Made by a program: the position numbers and the translations under genes. 64,000 bases of DNA, taken from the NCBI RefSeq assembly GCF_020745735.1, contig NC_083406.1, forward strand, positions 109,841,164 through 109,905,163, read 5' to 3'. This DNA is from Hemiscyllium ocellatum. Its lineage: Eukaryota. The stretch's first letter is position 1. The number at the start of each line of letters is the position of its first letter. This document shows positions 36,335 to 49,320 of this stretch, in pieces. The notes under the pieces were generated by a model, which was not told where the DNA came from, made no database searches, and saw only the letters and a program-made list of their open reading frames with translations.

Positions 36335-38560
36335 TGTTATGAGTCATACAGCACGGAAACAGACCCTCTGGTCCAACCAATCCAGGCTGACCATAATCCC
36401 AAACTTGAACTAGTCTCACCTGCCTGCGATTGACCCATATCCTTCCAAACATTTCTTATTCATGTATTTATCTAAATGTCTTTTAAACATTGTAACTGCA
36501 CCCATCCACCACTTCCTCTGGAAGTTCATAACACACACAAACCACTATCTGTATGGACAAATTGCCCCTCGTGTCTTGTAAAATCTTTCTCTTCTCACCT
36601 TGAAAATATGCCCCTCATCTTGAAATCACCCACCCTCGGGAAATGACATCTGCCATTCACCTTATCTATGTCCCTCATGATTTTACAAACCTCTATAAGA
36701 CCACCCGTCAACCTCCTACAGTCCAGTGGAAAATGTCCTAGCCCTTCCAACCTCTCCCCATAACTCAAACCCTCTTCTGAACCCTCTCTCACCTAATAAT
36801 ATCCTTCATATAACAGGCCGACCAGAACTGTATACAGTACTCCAGTAGAAGCCTCACCAATGTCCTGTACTACCTCGACATGACATCCCAACTCCTACAT
36901 ACAAAGGTCTGAGCAATGAAGACAAGCGCACTAAATACATTCAGGAATAGGCCATTCAACCCCTGCTTTGCCATTTAGTATGGTCTTGGCTGATGTGATT
37001 GCAACTTAAAATTCACCTTTCTACTTACCTGTGATAACCATTCAAGTCCTTGTGTCTCAGGAATCTATCTCCTTTTACCTTAAACAAAAATTCAAGGATT
37101 CTGCTTCCAGCAGCTTTCCAAGGAGAGAGAGACATCAGAAAAATCACATCCTCTGTGAGAGAAAAAACAAATCACCCAATCTCTGTTTTTAAAGTAAGAT
37201 CACAAAGCAGGAACAGAAGCAAGCCATTCAGCCCATCAAGTCTGCTTCATCATTCAATAAGTCATGGATCATCTGATAATCAACATTTTCTTGCTTTTTC
37301 TCCTTTACGCTTGATTCCTTTACTATTCAAAATCTGCCTTTCTCAACCTTGAATATACTTAATGAACTAGCCTCAATATCCCTCTATGACAAATAATTCT
37401 CTAAAACAGATTCACGGCCCTGAAAGAAGAAATTCCTCCCTGCCTCTGTCTTTAATGTGTGACTTTATTCGGAGATTATGCTCTCATCCTAAATTGTCCT
37501 ACAAGGGAAACACCTTTTCTGCACCTACCTCCTCAAGTCCCCCTGGAATCTTGCATGTTTCAATGGGGTTGCCTCTCATCCTTCTATATTTCAACAAGTA
37601 CAGGCCCAATTTACTCAACTTCTTCTCATTAGACAGTCCCTCCATACCTGGTGTGAGCCTATTGAATGTTTACTGGACTACCTCCGACACCAACATATCT
37701 TTCCTAAGATAAGGAGCCCAAAACTATTCACAGTATTCCAGCTCTGGTCCAACCAGTGCCTTGTATAGTTTGAACAAAAAGCATTCCCTTTGTAATAAAC
37801 AACATTTAATTTACCTTTTTTATTAACTACTGAATTTGGATAGCAGCATTTTGTGATTCATGTACAAGGGCTCTCAAATCCTTCTGTTCTTAGCTTTCTG
37901 TGCTCTTTCTCCATTTAAATAATATTCATATCTTCCAATATTCCTGCCAAAATGCAAAGCCTCACCTTCCCCTACATTATATCCCATCTGCCAAGTTATT
38001 GACCACTCACTTAGTCAGTCCGTGCAATAAGAATTAGAATCCCTACAATGTGGAAACAGGCCCTTTGGCCCAACAAGTCCATACCAAGGGTTAGTGTAGA
38101 CTCAATGGGCCGAATGGCCTGCTCCAACACCGTGGGGATTCTATGATAAATATGGACCCTGTACTCTGTGATTATGCCCTCTGACCCTAGACTGACCCAC
38201 AAGAGGAAACAACCTTCCCATATGTATCCTATCAATTCCTGTAAGTATGTTTCAATAATTTAGCGCCTCATTCTTATAAACTCCAGTGAGTACAGGTCCG
38301 CCCAATTCAATCTCACCTCTCAAGAAAATCCCTTCATACCCAGGATCAATCTAGTGAACCCACTCTGGACCACTTCCAATATACTTTCTTAAAATAAAGG
38401 ACCCAAAACTTTTCACAACATTTCTAGGTATGGTCTGACTAGTACCTTGTATTGTTTTAGCAAGACTCCCTATGTTTATGCTCCATTTCCCTGAAATAAG
38501 GGCAAATATTTCATTTGCCTTCCCCATTACCTGCTGAGTTTAGGAGCTAGCTTTTTGTGA
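36335..38560 (-). mobile_element. Stack of at least four CR1 3' fragments
   Basis: Repeated antisense CR1 tails and coding relics at about 36340, 36945, 37195 and 38150. Confidence 0.8.
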
Positions 38561-39349
38561 ATCAACTCCATGATTCTGGTACAAAACATCCAGGTAACAT
38601 TCCACCTCCCTAATGCATCACAGTGCCTGTAGTTTAGCCTCTAACTCATAAGGTCCAAATGGACGATGCTCAAGCTTTAAGCTCTTGTTTGCTTTGGATA
38701 AAAGTGAGATCCAAAAACTCCCACAGACTGCAACTGATGCACTACTTGTTCAACTATCCTTAACACATTCTAAAGAACTAATGATTTATTGCATTGAACT
38801 CGATATAGAGCAATACTTGTATGTATTTTATTAATATAACTATCTGCTACAGTATTTTGAACCTTAGGAACAGATTACTCACTTACTAGATATAGTCACC
38901 AAATCACCAGCTTCTCCTTGTGTAGCAGAGTAAGAATCAGTTCCTGGAGCTTAAAAAAGTTTAAGCAAAAGCCACAAATCACATCTTTCCTTGCCCCTAC
39001 TTACTACCTGAATCAATTAACTTCAGCATTCTATCCTAAGTCACACTGAGGTAGCTAGTTTTATTGACTCTTAACACAAAAGGCCTACCTGACTCATTTA
39101 ATGAGGACCATCTTTCAGCTGGTTCTTATTTAAGATGCTCTATCACTGAAGCCCTTGAACTGTTTAAAGTTGGCAACTACAGGTTTCTGCTTCATGTCAA
39201 CTGTAAACTACAAACTAAGTTAGATCTGTACAAAATAATAACATAGACCTTCTTATCCAACAACTAAATGCATTCAGTCCTGCCTGATTTTCCTCATTCT
39301 CTTTCTATTGGTGTTCAGAGTTCTGAGCAACGTTATGTGCAAGTTCACT

Positions 39350-40310
39350 TCCTGCTTATTGCTGTAGCAATGGACTGCAGATCTGTACCTGCCCCACTAT
39401 TTCACCTCCTACTGTATCTGCATGCTTACTTTCAGCATCTGGTATACAAGGACAGCCAGGTCTCATTGCAGATAGTAAGTTGCCTTTCTGTCTTTATTGC
39501 CAAGTGGATAACCTCACATTATCCACATGATACTTCATTTGCTGTGCATTTTCCTGCTCTCAACTTGATCAACTCATACGGAATAATCTTTGTATCCTCC
39601 TCACAGCTCACTCTTCCACTCAATTTAGTATTGTTTGCAGACTTAGAGGCATAATATTTAGTTCTCTCATCTAAGTCATTAATATATGTGGTGAATGGTT
39701 GGAGTCGAAGCACTGATCCCTCCAAAAGCCCATTAGTCACTGGCTACTCCTTGGGAAATGATCCCTTTACCCCAACTCTTTGTTTCTTGTCTGCTAGCCA
39801 GTTCTCTGTCTAGGTCAGTATACTACCCTCAGTTTCATGTGATTTAATTTTGCATGCGACTGACTGTGTGGAGTTTGCACGTTCTCCCCGTGTCTGCGTG
39901 GGTTTCCTCCGGGTGCTCCGGTTTCCTCCCACAGTCCAAAGATGTGCGGGTCAGGTGAATTGGCCATGCTAAATTGCCCGTAGTGTTAGGTAAGGGGTAA
40001 ATGTAGGGGGTATGGGTGGGTTGCGCTTCGGCGGGTCGGTGTGGACTTGTTGGGCCGAAGGGCCTGTTTCCACACTGTAAGTAATCTAATCTAATCTAAA
40101 AAAAATGCTAATCTCTTATGTGCGATCTTATCGAAAAGCCTTCTAAAAGACCAGATAAACCACGCCCATCAGCTCCCTCTTAAAATTTTATAGTTACATC
40201 CTTAAAAAATTCTGGTTGATTTGTCAAATGATTTCCATTTCTTGCTGACTCTGTCTGATCCTGTCCCTATTTTCCGAGTGCTTTGCTATTATATCTTTTC
40301 TAGCATTTTT
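39350..40310 (-). mobile_element. Old CR1 RT fragment interrupted by a V-SINE
   Basis: ORF 39519-39740 GSVL..YINDLD..SKxANNTKL. Confidence 0.75.
39856..40105 (+). mobile_element. Young HE1-type V-SINE, 5'-truncated
   Basis: Near-identical to 33923-34167 and 53691-53937. Confidence 0.93.
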
Positions 40311-40744
40311 TCTTCCTACTGAAATATTCACCGTCACCACCAGATTCAATATTTTCCCAAGGACCCAACAAGGAGGCAAGAGTTTGAAGTCTGTGAATGC
40401 CCCCTCAGCCTGACATGCCACAGTCCCTGTGCTTTTCAGAGGATAGTCCAGACCCATCTCTGCTATTGGTTTCGTATGTTTGTCTTTAGTTGTAAAGATT
40501 ACAAGAGACCTGAGATGAGACTAGGGAGTGGAAGAAGAGGAATGGAGGCAGGTATGGGTGCAGCAGGTATAGATTAGGTACATGACAGACAGCTTGACAT
40601 AATGCATTGAGGTTTGCACACACTATACATACTTTCACCAATCTCATTTGTCTTGGCTGAGGCTTGATTAATGGTGTACTTTGGTCTATAATACACTCTG
40701 AACTATCCTGAACAAATCAGGAGGACATAGAGAAACATGTCAGA

Positions 40745-41190
40745 TACACAGAATGGTTGCAGCACAGAATTGAGACCATTCAGCCCATACTGTCTATGTT
40801 TGTCTTCTTAAAGTGCGATTTACCTGATGCCATGCTTTCTCCTCATTACCTATCCCCTCTTTCTTTTCAGCTAATAATCCAATTCTCTCTCACATACCCC
40901 AGCTGACCCAGACTCCATCACACTTAAATGCAGTACATTCCAAAGTACAAACACTAATGCCTGAGTAAGTTTTTGGCTTTTTTTGCCAACTGTCTGAAAT
41001 CTATGCCCTCTGGTTCTCGATCCTTCCACTAACGGCAATTGTTTTCCCCAGTCGAGACCCCCCAGGAGTTCGAATACCTCCATCAAATTCCTTTCAACCT
41101 TCTTTTCTGAAAAGAAAACAACCCCAGCATCTTCAATCTATCCATCTCAGTAAAGTTCCTCATTCCTGGAACCATTCTCTTGACAGGGTT
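40745..41190 (-). mobile_element. Old CR1 3' end
   Basis: RMVPGMRNF..DRLKMLGLFSFQKRRL and SRTRGHRF relics. Confidence 0.75.
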
Positions 41191-41999
41191 CAGAACTACT
41201 GGAGAAATACCCAACTTGACAATTCCTAAGCTACAACAGCTGTGACTGGGAGCTGAAAGAAGATGTATTGCTCTCCGAGCCAAGGATACAACCGCCTCGC
41301 TCAAAAAACATGAAACATTTATCATATTAAATTACAGTCAGAATGGTTAATGTATGGATTCCACCTGGAAGTCTGGAAAGAATTCTTGGAAACCTCCTCA
41401 GTGCAGACATCACAAACCCGGACCACCACAGGCGTTTCTAAGGGTCCTTCTCCAACTAATTAGAAACCCCACTTAGGGTCAATTACTGAACCATTTAAGA
41501 CTTGCCCACCAGCCTACCCCATGCAGGGCTTTTATTAATTTTAAGAGATTTGGAGCGAATGTTAAACTTCTGTTAATTGTATTGTTGGGATTAAGGATAA
41601 ACAGACCGAAGTTACTGTTTAAATATATCAGGCACATATAGAGAGGAACAGTTTCCATTTGGGGATTTGGTGTGGAGGGTGTTGCTTGAGCCAATTGGCA
41701 CTTGGAGGTGAATGCACCTGTTGTCTAAGCAGATTCATGGACTCTCAGGCTACCTGACCTTTCTGTGACTGTGAGAAATCTGAGTTCCTTACCTGTGAAG
41801 GATGTGTGAGGTTGCAGCCCCTCTTAATATTTGAAGCGCCACTTCTCAACCTTCTTTAGCTATCATGCTCCTGATATTTAGCGAGCAGATTGGAGGACCT
41901 CCTTATGTTCCTGTTTCTGGCCAACAGTTTGGGGCAATTGACTTTGAAGGAGCTTGTTAGATTTGATTACCTTCCTCCCTTCTGTACTTATTTTTAATT

Positions 42000-42350
42000 T
42001 TTTTTGTGAGCGATGGAACAGCATTTATTGCCTATCCCTAACTGATGCTTGAACTGAATAGTGGGGTCACTTCAGAGGGTTGTTAATAATCAACTACATT
42101 GCTGTGGGTCTGGAGTAACATGTAGGCCAGACCAAGGAAAGATGGCAGATCTCCATCATGGAAAGACATTGAGAGCTACACAAACCTTAGTAACAATCAA
42201 CAATGGTTACATGATTGCATTTAAGTGAAGTTTTAATTCCAGAATTTTATGAATTAAAATTTCACCACCTACCATGGTGGAATTTGAACCCATGTTCCCA
42301 GAATATTAGCCTAGATTTCTACTCAACCAATAACAGCACCAGGCCATTGC
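42000..42350 (-). mobile_element. tRNA-derived SINE (head plus tail family)
   Basis: Antisense cagcatttattgcc..cattgctgtgggtctggagt..atttgaacccatgttcccaga. Confidence 0.7.
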
Positions 42351-43011
42351 TGTATGTTGTGGTAAGGGGGTATGTACTGTTCACTGACATGTTTGAGTTC
42401 TGTATTTGGTGAGCACCACAGGAGCTGAAAAATATTATCTCCCCGACAGATATTCTCAAATAACTAGTTTATCTTCCTTTAAGGTTTTGAATTTTGCAAC
42501 TTTTTAGGATGTGCCATTTGTTTATTATGATTAATTTGGATTATTAAAGAGGTATGAAAAGGAATTTGCTTTAGCTCCATCTCCCTAAACTTTAGCCACC
42601 CCATGCACAGGGGTGTCAGGGAAAATCAGAAGACCCTCTCATGGATCTCCTCCTGGGCTTGCCCAAAGTGGACAACAACTGGTCCAGGCAGCAGGCCATG
42701 GAGGATGTCTTTAGACCTGATTACTTGCCTAGCTTCTATCATTACATCCCCAAATAGTTGACACAGGAGAGGGAGCATGTTGAGTCCACAAAGCACTTGA
42801 TGCCTCACTAGACTGACAGCTACTGCAAAGACAATGCCATCTTCCTTCAAAATCACATTTTACTTCCCATTTTGTGAGGTTCCCTTGAGTTGATTTCTTC
42901 ATTGCAGTTCCCCTTTAATGTTTGGTCATCGGGTTAATTTTGTTTCACTGGGTGATTGGTATTTACTGATTTTCAGAAGAATTTAAATGGGGCAGGTGGA
43001 GTACTATCACT

Positions 43012-43219
43012 AGGAGAACGTGAGACTGCAGATGCTGGAGATCAGAGTCAAAAAGTGTGGTGCTGGAAAAGCACAGCCGGTCAGGCAGCATCGGAGGAGC
43101 AGGAGAGTCAATGTTTTGAGCATAAACCCTTAAGAACTTATGCTCAAAATGTTGACACTCCTGCTCCTCAGATGCTGCCTGACCATCTGCACTTTGCCAA
43201 CATCACACTTTTTGACACA
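43012..43219. mobile_element. Penelope family A fold-back mini-element with 13-bp TSD
   Basis: TSD gagtactatcact at 42999-43011 and 43220-43232; about 80-bp inverted arms. Confidence 0.9.
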
Positions 43220-43634
43220 GAGTACTATCACTGCCTGCCCTCTATGGTATTTTAATTTAAATTTATTACATTTTCATCATTCAATCCATTAACTTGTTTC
43301 GTGAGTTTAATCTAAAGGATAGAGTGAAGGGTTGCTGAGGGCACTGGGTTACATGGTTTGTAGGAGGCCAAGATATGGAATGCTGCAAATAAACCTATTC
43401 TCAATAGAAGGGCCTTGTCAAGTTTCATCCTTTACTGCCAAAACCCAAAAATGGCCAAGTTGAGTGGGTAGAATTAAGACACAAATCAGATAGGATCCAT
43501 TTGAATGGCACAGCAGGTTGGAGGAGCTGAATGGCCTGTCATTTTGCTGATGGTTTTGAATCTGAGGGCTGGGTGGAGAGAAAAATGTCTGTTCCTATGA
43601 CAATTACCATTTTCTTGACTCAGCTGAAATTAAC

Positions 43635-43880
43635 GCTAGATTTAGAGGCAACATTTTTACACTGAGAGTGGATTGTGTTTGTTATGAACTTTTAGAGGAT
43701 GTAGCGGATGTGGATACAGTTATAACATTTAAAAGACTTTGGATAAGTACATGAATAGGAAATGTTTGGATGGCAATGGGATGAACACAAGCAGGTGGGA
43801 CCACTTTAGTTTAGGATTATGGTTGGTTTGGACAGATTGGATTGAAGGGTCTCTTTTCATGCTGTATGACTCTATGACTT
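43635..43880 (+). mobile_element. CR1 3' end
   Basis: DKYMNRKCLDG; tail gaagggtct..tatgactctatgact. Confidence 0.8.
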
Positions 43881-43987
43881 TTGACTCCAGTGTTGTGCTG
43901 AAGCTGATAGTTGGGAAATTCCTCTAAGTTCCAAGGAAATGCCAGCCCACGGCATTCTCTCTGTGAATACTGAGTATAGACTGTGTA

Positions 43988-44161
43988 CAGAGGAACCCCG
44001 GTTATCTGAAGGAAATGGGCTGCGATTATTTTGTTTGGTTAATTGAGTGCCAGATAATCAAATACCGGATAACATTGTTAGCCAAACATTGGAACCTTGC
44101 AATCTTGTTCAGATAATCCAAAATTCAGTTAATCGAATGCTGGATAATCGAGGTTTCTCAG
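43988..44161. mobile_element. Tc1/mariner (Tigger/pogo-like) MITE
   Basis: TA|cagaggaaccccggttatct ... ggataatcgaggtttctcag|TA; imperfect 20-bp TIRs, internal repeats of gataat. Confidence 0.75.
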
Positions 44162-44267
44162 TATAAGGCTATAGCGTCAACTCCGAACAAAAGTCCAAAA
44201 TAAAACATTAGTTAACACTCTCAAATAAAAGCATAATACTGAAGTGCTGACATACTATGATGAACTC

Positions 44268-44432
44268 GAGAATACTGGAGAAACTCAGCATGTCTGCCAG
44301 CATCTGTGCAGAGAGAGAAACAATTAATATTTTGAATCTGGTATGATATATTATGAAGAACCATTGTTAACTATGTTTCTCTCTCTCCACAGATGCTGTC
44401 AGACCTGCTGAGTTTCTCCAGCATTCTCTGCA
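44268..44432. mobile_element. Penelope family B fold-back insert
   Basis: gagaatactggagaaactcagca..gagagagaaaca / tgtttctctctc..ctgagtttctccagcattctc. Confidence 0.8.
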
Positions 44433-44659
44433 TTTGAATAAGTTAAGTCATCATTGTTTCTTTGCCTGGTCATTTCTAATCTAAAGTCTGCATATTTTCT
44501 TTTCATGTGACACAGACGAGGAGAAGTCTGTATTTACAAAGGACTCACAAAGCAAAATGGATAGTCCAATGCAGTGTGCCAGTTTTTTTTGTTGTGCTAT
44601 AATATCTATCTCTTCTGTCTAAATGTAAAGACTACACATAAGTGTAGTTCAGGGACTGC

Positions 44660-44935
44660 ATCAGAGACCCGGGTTCAATTCCTGTCTCAGGCAACTGTCT
44701 GTGTGGAGTTTGCACGTTCTCCCCGTGTCTGTGTGGGATTCCTCCGGGTGCTCCGGTTTCCTCCCAAAATACAAAGATGTGCAGGTCAGGTTAATTGGCC
44801 ATGCTAATTGCCCCTAGTATCAGGTGCATTCATCAGGGGTAAATATAGGGTCGAGGTGGGTTACTCTTCAGAGGGTTGGTGTGAACTTGTTGGGCTGAAG
44901 GGCCTGTTTCCACACTGCAGGGAATCTCATCTCAT
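44660..44935 (+). mobile_element. HE1-type V-SINE (older)
   Basis: B box cgggttcaattcc, V domain, tail gaagggcctgtttccacactg. Confidence 0.88.
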
Positions 44936-45179
44936 CTCAAGTCCAAATTTCTCAATATCATTCAAAAAGAATTGAATGAATTCTTGAAGGGAAGGATAGG
45001 TTACAGGACTATAGGGAAGTGTGACTAATTTAATATCTTGAGCAAAGGGCTAGCAAAGACTGATGATGGACTGAAGGGCCTCCTTTATGTAGTATGAGTT
45101 TATGATACAAAGGGTAGTGGAAATCTGGAACATGCTTTCACCCTAAAATCATTGAAGGTCAGGCTGTATGCAGATGGTT

Positions 45180-45510
45180 AGATGATGGCCTAGTGATGTT
45201 ATCAGTCAATTATTAATTCAGAGTTCCTGATAATGTTCTGGGACCTAGGTTCAAATCCTGCCATGGCAGATGGTGGAGCTTTAATTCAAAAATTATCTGG
45301 AAATGAAAGTTTAATGTTGACCATTGTTGGGGGAAAAACCCATCTGGTTCACTAATACTCTTTAAGGGAAGGAAACCTTACCTAGTCTGGCTCAAATGTG
45401 ACTCCAGACCCACAGCAATGTGGTTGACTCTTAACTCTCTGGGTAATTAGGGATGGGCAATAAGTGCTGGTGGCCAGTGATGTCTACATCCTATGAATGA
45501 ATAAAAAAAA
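45180..45510 (+). mobile_element. tRNA-derived SINE (head plus tail family), complete
   Basis: gatggcctagtga A box, ggttcaaatcc B box, aaaacccatctggttcactaat, tail gggtaattagggatgggcaataag..gaatgaataaaaaaaa. Confidence 0.85.
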
Positions 45511-46864
45511 TTCCAACTGCAATCAATAGATCCTTGTTTGAAAGGGTAATAGGAGTTACTGAACCAAAATGGGTTGATAAGATTAAGATCTAAATTGGCC
45601 ATTGGCTAATTGACTGGCAAAACAGGCTTCAGTAAATGAGCTGAATAGCTTATTGCTGTTACTTTGTTCCTGTTGAACACTACAAGCTCTTTAATCAGAG
45701 TTGAGATTGATCTTCTCCTTGCTTGATCTCTATCCTGGAAACATAAAGTGGCAATCAGGATGGACCAGATGCAGGTTCACTCTAGGTCGTTCACCCTCTC
45801 GCTCCTTTGATCACCCTCTTGCTCTCTCTTGCCTTCTCTGATATTACCCAATTACATTGTGGACTAAATCTATATGGTGTATAAACATTAAGCCACGAGA
45901 GAAGAACAAACCATTGACTAAATAATGCCCCTGTTACTTGAGATCTATTTTATAGTATTTAGGAAAATGAATATCTAAACATTGTTTCCATTTTTATTGG
46001 AATCTGTGAATTGGATTCTACATGAAGAATCTTGAATTTCAACATACCCAGGAAATTTTGAATGTGATTTTCCTCAGATTTGAATCTAATTTGATTGTTG
46101 TTATCGTAGGTTGCTATTTTTGTTGGTTTGTCAAACTGCATTTAAATATGTAGAGAGCTTGCTAGAACTGAGACTGAGTTGACTTTTTGAAATATTTGCT
46201 CATATGTAATTGAGCATATAGGATTATTTTCTGCTTACAGGAGAACAACTCTGGGTGGATAGTCACATTTAATGATTTAGTCATAGTCATAATCAATTAA
46301 AAGTTATTTCTGATGATGCTAAATTGCAGACATAAATTAAAGATAAGCATTAACATATATCTTCATCTTGCAGTCCCTAATAATTCAATAAATGGTAACG
46401 ATAAATTTAGTCTTCTCAATTTTGGTACAGAGGGAGCCCAGTGACTTTATGGAAGTTGAATAAACATGTTTTAAGGCATTCAGTTGAGATTTCAAAACAA
46501 GGAAGTCCTTTCATTTACAGGTGGATTTAATGCCAAGGATGAAATTTCATCCTGCCAGTTGGGAGTTAAGCAGCTGTCAGAAGAATTTGAATCTGAATAT
46601 ATATATTTTTTTTCTGAAATTAATGAACAGTGGTCCATATCCCACAATCTTAGGAGATATAAGATCTAGGAGCAGGAGTTGGCAATTCAGCCCCTCGAGC
46701 CTGCTTCACCATTTACACTGTTACGGCTGATCTCAACTTGGTCTTAACTCCACTTTCCTGCGCGCTATCCATTACCCCATAACCCATTACTAATTAAAAA
46801 TTAAAATCAAAACGTTTCCTTCTTAGATTTACTCAACATTCCACATCCTGCACTTACCACACTG

Positions 46865-47307
46865 TGGGGAGGCAGTGGTCTAGTGGTAGTATTGCTCAGT
46901 TATTCATCTAGAAACTCAACTAATGTTCTAGGCACCTAGGTTCAATCCCCTCCATGGCAGAGGGTGGAATTTGAATCAATAAAGTATCTCCAATTAAGGG
47001 TCTAATGACAACCATGAAACCATTGCTGGTTTATTGGAGAAAAGCCTTTCTGGTTCACTAATATCCTCTGGGGGAAAAAAAATGTTATCCTTATCTGGTC
47101 TGACGTACATGTGACTCCAGACCTCCTGCTCCTCGGATGCTGCCTGACCTGCTGTGCTTTCCCAGCACCACACTCTCGACTCTGATCTCCAGCATCTGCA
47201 GTCCTCATTTTCCCCACAACAGTACAGTTAACTCTTAACAACTGGGAAAGGTCAATTAATACTGGCTTAACCAGAGTTGCCCACATCCTGTGTGTGAATA
47301 AAAAAAG
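46865..47307 (+). mobile_element. tRNA-derived SINE (head plus tail family) with Penelope family A insert at about 47122-47213
   Basis: ggggaggcagtggtctagtgg head; tail cccacatcctgtgtgtgaataaaaaaa. Confidence 0.8.
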
Positions 47308-48859
47308 ACACTCTTGGATAATGAATTGTATGGATTCATGACCCTTTCAGAGAAGAAATTTCTCCTCATTGCTGTTTTAACTCTGATTTGATTTATTATT
47401 GTCACACGTTCCGAGATACAGTGAAAGGTATTGTTTTGTATGCTATCCAGACAAATTGTACCTTACATAAGTACATCAGGATTAATTGAACAGAATGCCA
47501 AATGTAATATGATTTTGGGGATGAGTTTATGGTTGCGAAGGTGGTGGGCTGGTCACCTCTCTCATACAATCTTCCTCCTCCTGCCAGTTGAGGCATGTAA
47601 TATACAGCTCCCTAACTTTCATAAAGGTGCTAATGTACAACAGGAAAGTGAGAAGGACCTTTTGTTTTGCAGGAAACTAAAACCTCAGGTGAACTATTTA
47701 AAGTGATTTGGATTTTAATGTTTGGTTTTAAAAAGGTAATAGAACATGGAAACGAATCTCATATCTTCACTTGTGGTCCTTGGTTTGGTTGAGTCAAAAT
47801 TGATGTAAAGCCCGTTAGAGTGTCAATCAGATTGCAAAGACATAAAAAATGCTGCTTTACTATTGAAATCTCATGCAAATAAAGAAAAGAAACACAATGT
47901 TTGGACTGCTCAGCTCTCAAATATAATCCATGAGCCAATGCTTGGCTCACCCAGTGCAAATTATATTTAGTTCATATTTGTAGCAGCCGTGATTTGATTT
48001 CTGTAACAGCGGTCTGGTTATTGTGGTCAGCAATATCAAGATTAGCTGGCTACAAATTTCTTAGAGGTTATGCAATACGATGACCTCCAATCCAGCATCA
48101 GACTTCCTCCATCACCAACTATTGGAGATCTCTGATATCCAGCAAAAGTTAAGCAAGCTGAACAGCCAATCACTCTGATGAATTCTCACAGACAGCATGT
48201 CAAGAAGTAATAAAGATTAATTATTATTCTCTTTTCAAACATTTTACAGAACGTGATATAAAGATTCAGACAGACTCTGCTGGACTATTGTGAAGCTAAA
48301 ATATTACTAAAAGCTTCAAAAGTCATTATTTTCAAAATTATTTGATAGAATAAAGGAAGTAATGGTCTGGGATTCGTTCTTTTTCATGGCCAGAGAGGTT
48401 ATTCGAAAGTAATTTTGACTTAGTACACATTTCAAAAGTCAGCCCACCTCATTTCATATGGCATTACATTTCCAATTGTTGTTACAGTAATAAAAATTGA
48501 AGTCTGCATCAATTTACTGATTGTGTGGTGATTATATTTGTAAAGACTGCAACAAGAAAAGGATATAACTAGCACCAGCCTGCAGATTTCTGACTTTAGG
48601 GTGAGGGTTGGAAAACAGATGATGTTATCAACTTCACTGAGTATTGACTGTGAATACTGATGGTCATGCCAGACACCAAAATCTGTACTGCTATAAAATT
48701 ACAGCGATGTAACTGTAGACATAAAACTGTACACTGCAATTATAAATCATGTCTTATTCCTTTTTAATGAAGGTTTTTCATAATCTCCATGGAGTTCCAT
48801 GGACATTTAGAGGGTGAGAGATGATATCCTTCGGCTGCCTGACTGAATCCCTGTTTCAA

Positions 48860-49320
48860 TTGAACAAAAGAGATGACAACCAATTGCTATATATTTCTCA
48901 GGGTGATGCCCTGACCAGAGTCAATCTGCCTAGTTTAAAATTTAAACAAATCCTGGCTGTGACCCATTGATTGTCATTGATTGGTAAATTCCTGCCATGG
49001 TAACACATCCATGCAATCAGAGACCACTTGCCATTCGGTCAGCACTCTTCTCTCATGCACTATACATATTGGTTTACTCCTTGAACTGGTATTCTTGTAA
49101 ATTGTCCTGATGGGTGCAAGATGAACAACTTTGACAGAATGTGTATTTATTTAGCAATATTCAAGAGCTTAAAATATACATCAGAATTCTGTGTATGTTA
49201 TAAATCACAATAATATACTTAAATGAAGTTGGGAGCCTAGGACTTGAAAATTCTTGGAAAGATAGACTTGTTGAAACTTTTTGTCTTGCACTCATCAGGG
49301 TAAAAGTAAGAATGCCAAAT
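48860..49320. mobile_element. Putative Penelope-like repeat family C with two inverted degenerate hammerhead motifs
   Basis: tgtcctgatgggtgcaagatgaacaactttgaca (49103-49136, +) and ccctgatgagtgcaagacaaaaagtttcaaca (49269-49300, -). Confidence 0.5.

Noticed and set aside
46500-46570. Candidate exon after ttcatttacag (ORFs 46484 and 46521)
   Set aside because: Peptides are unrecognisable and there is no canonical donor context.
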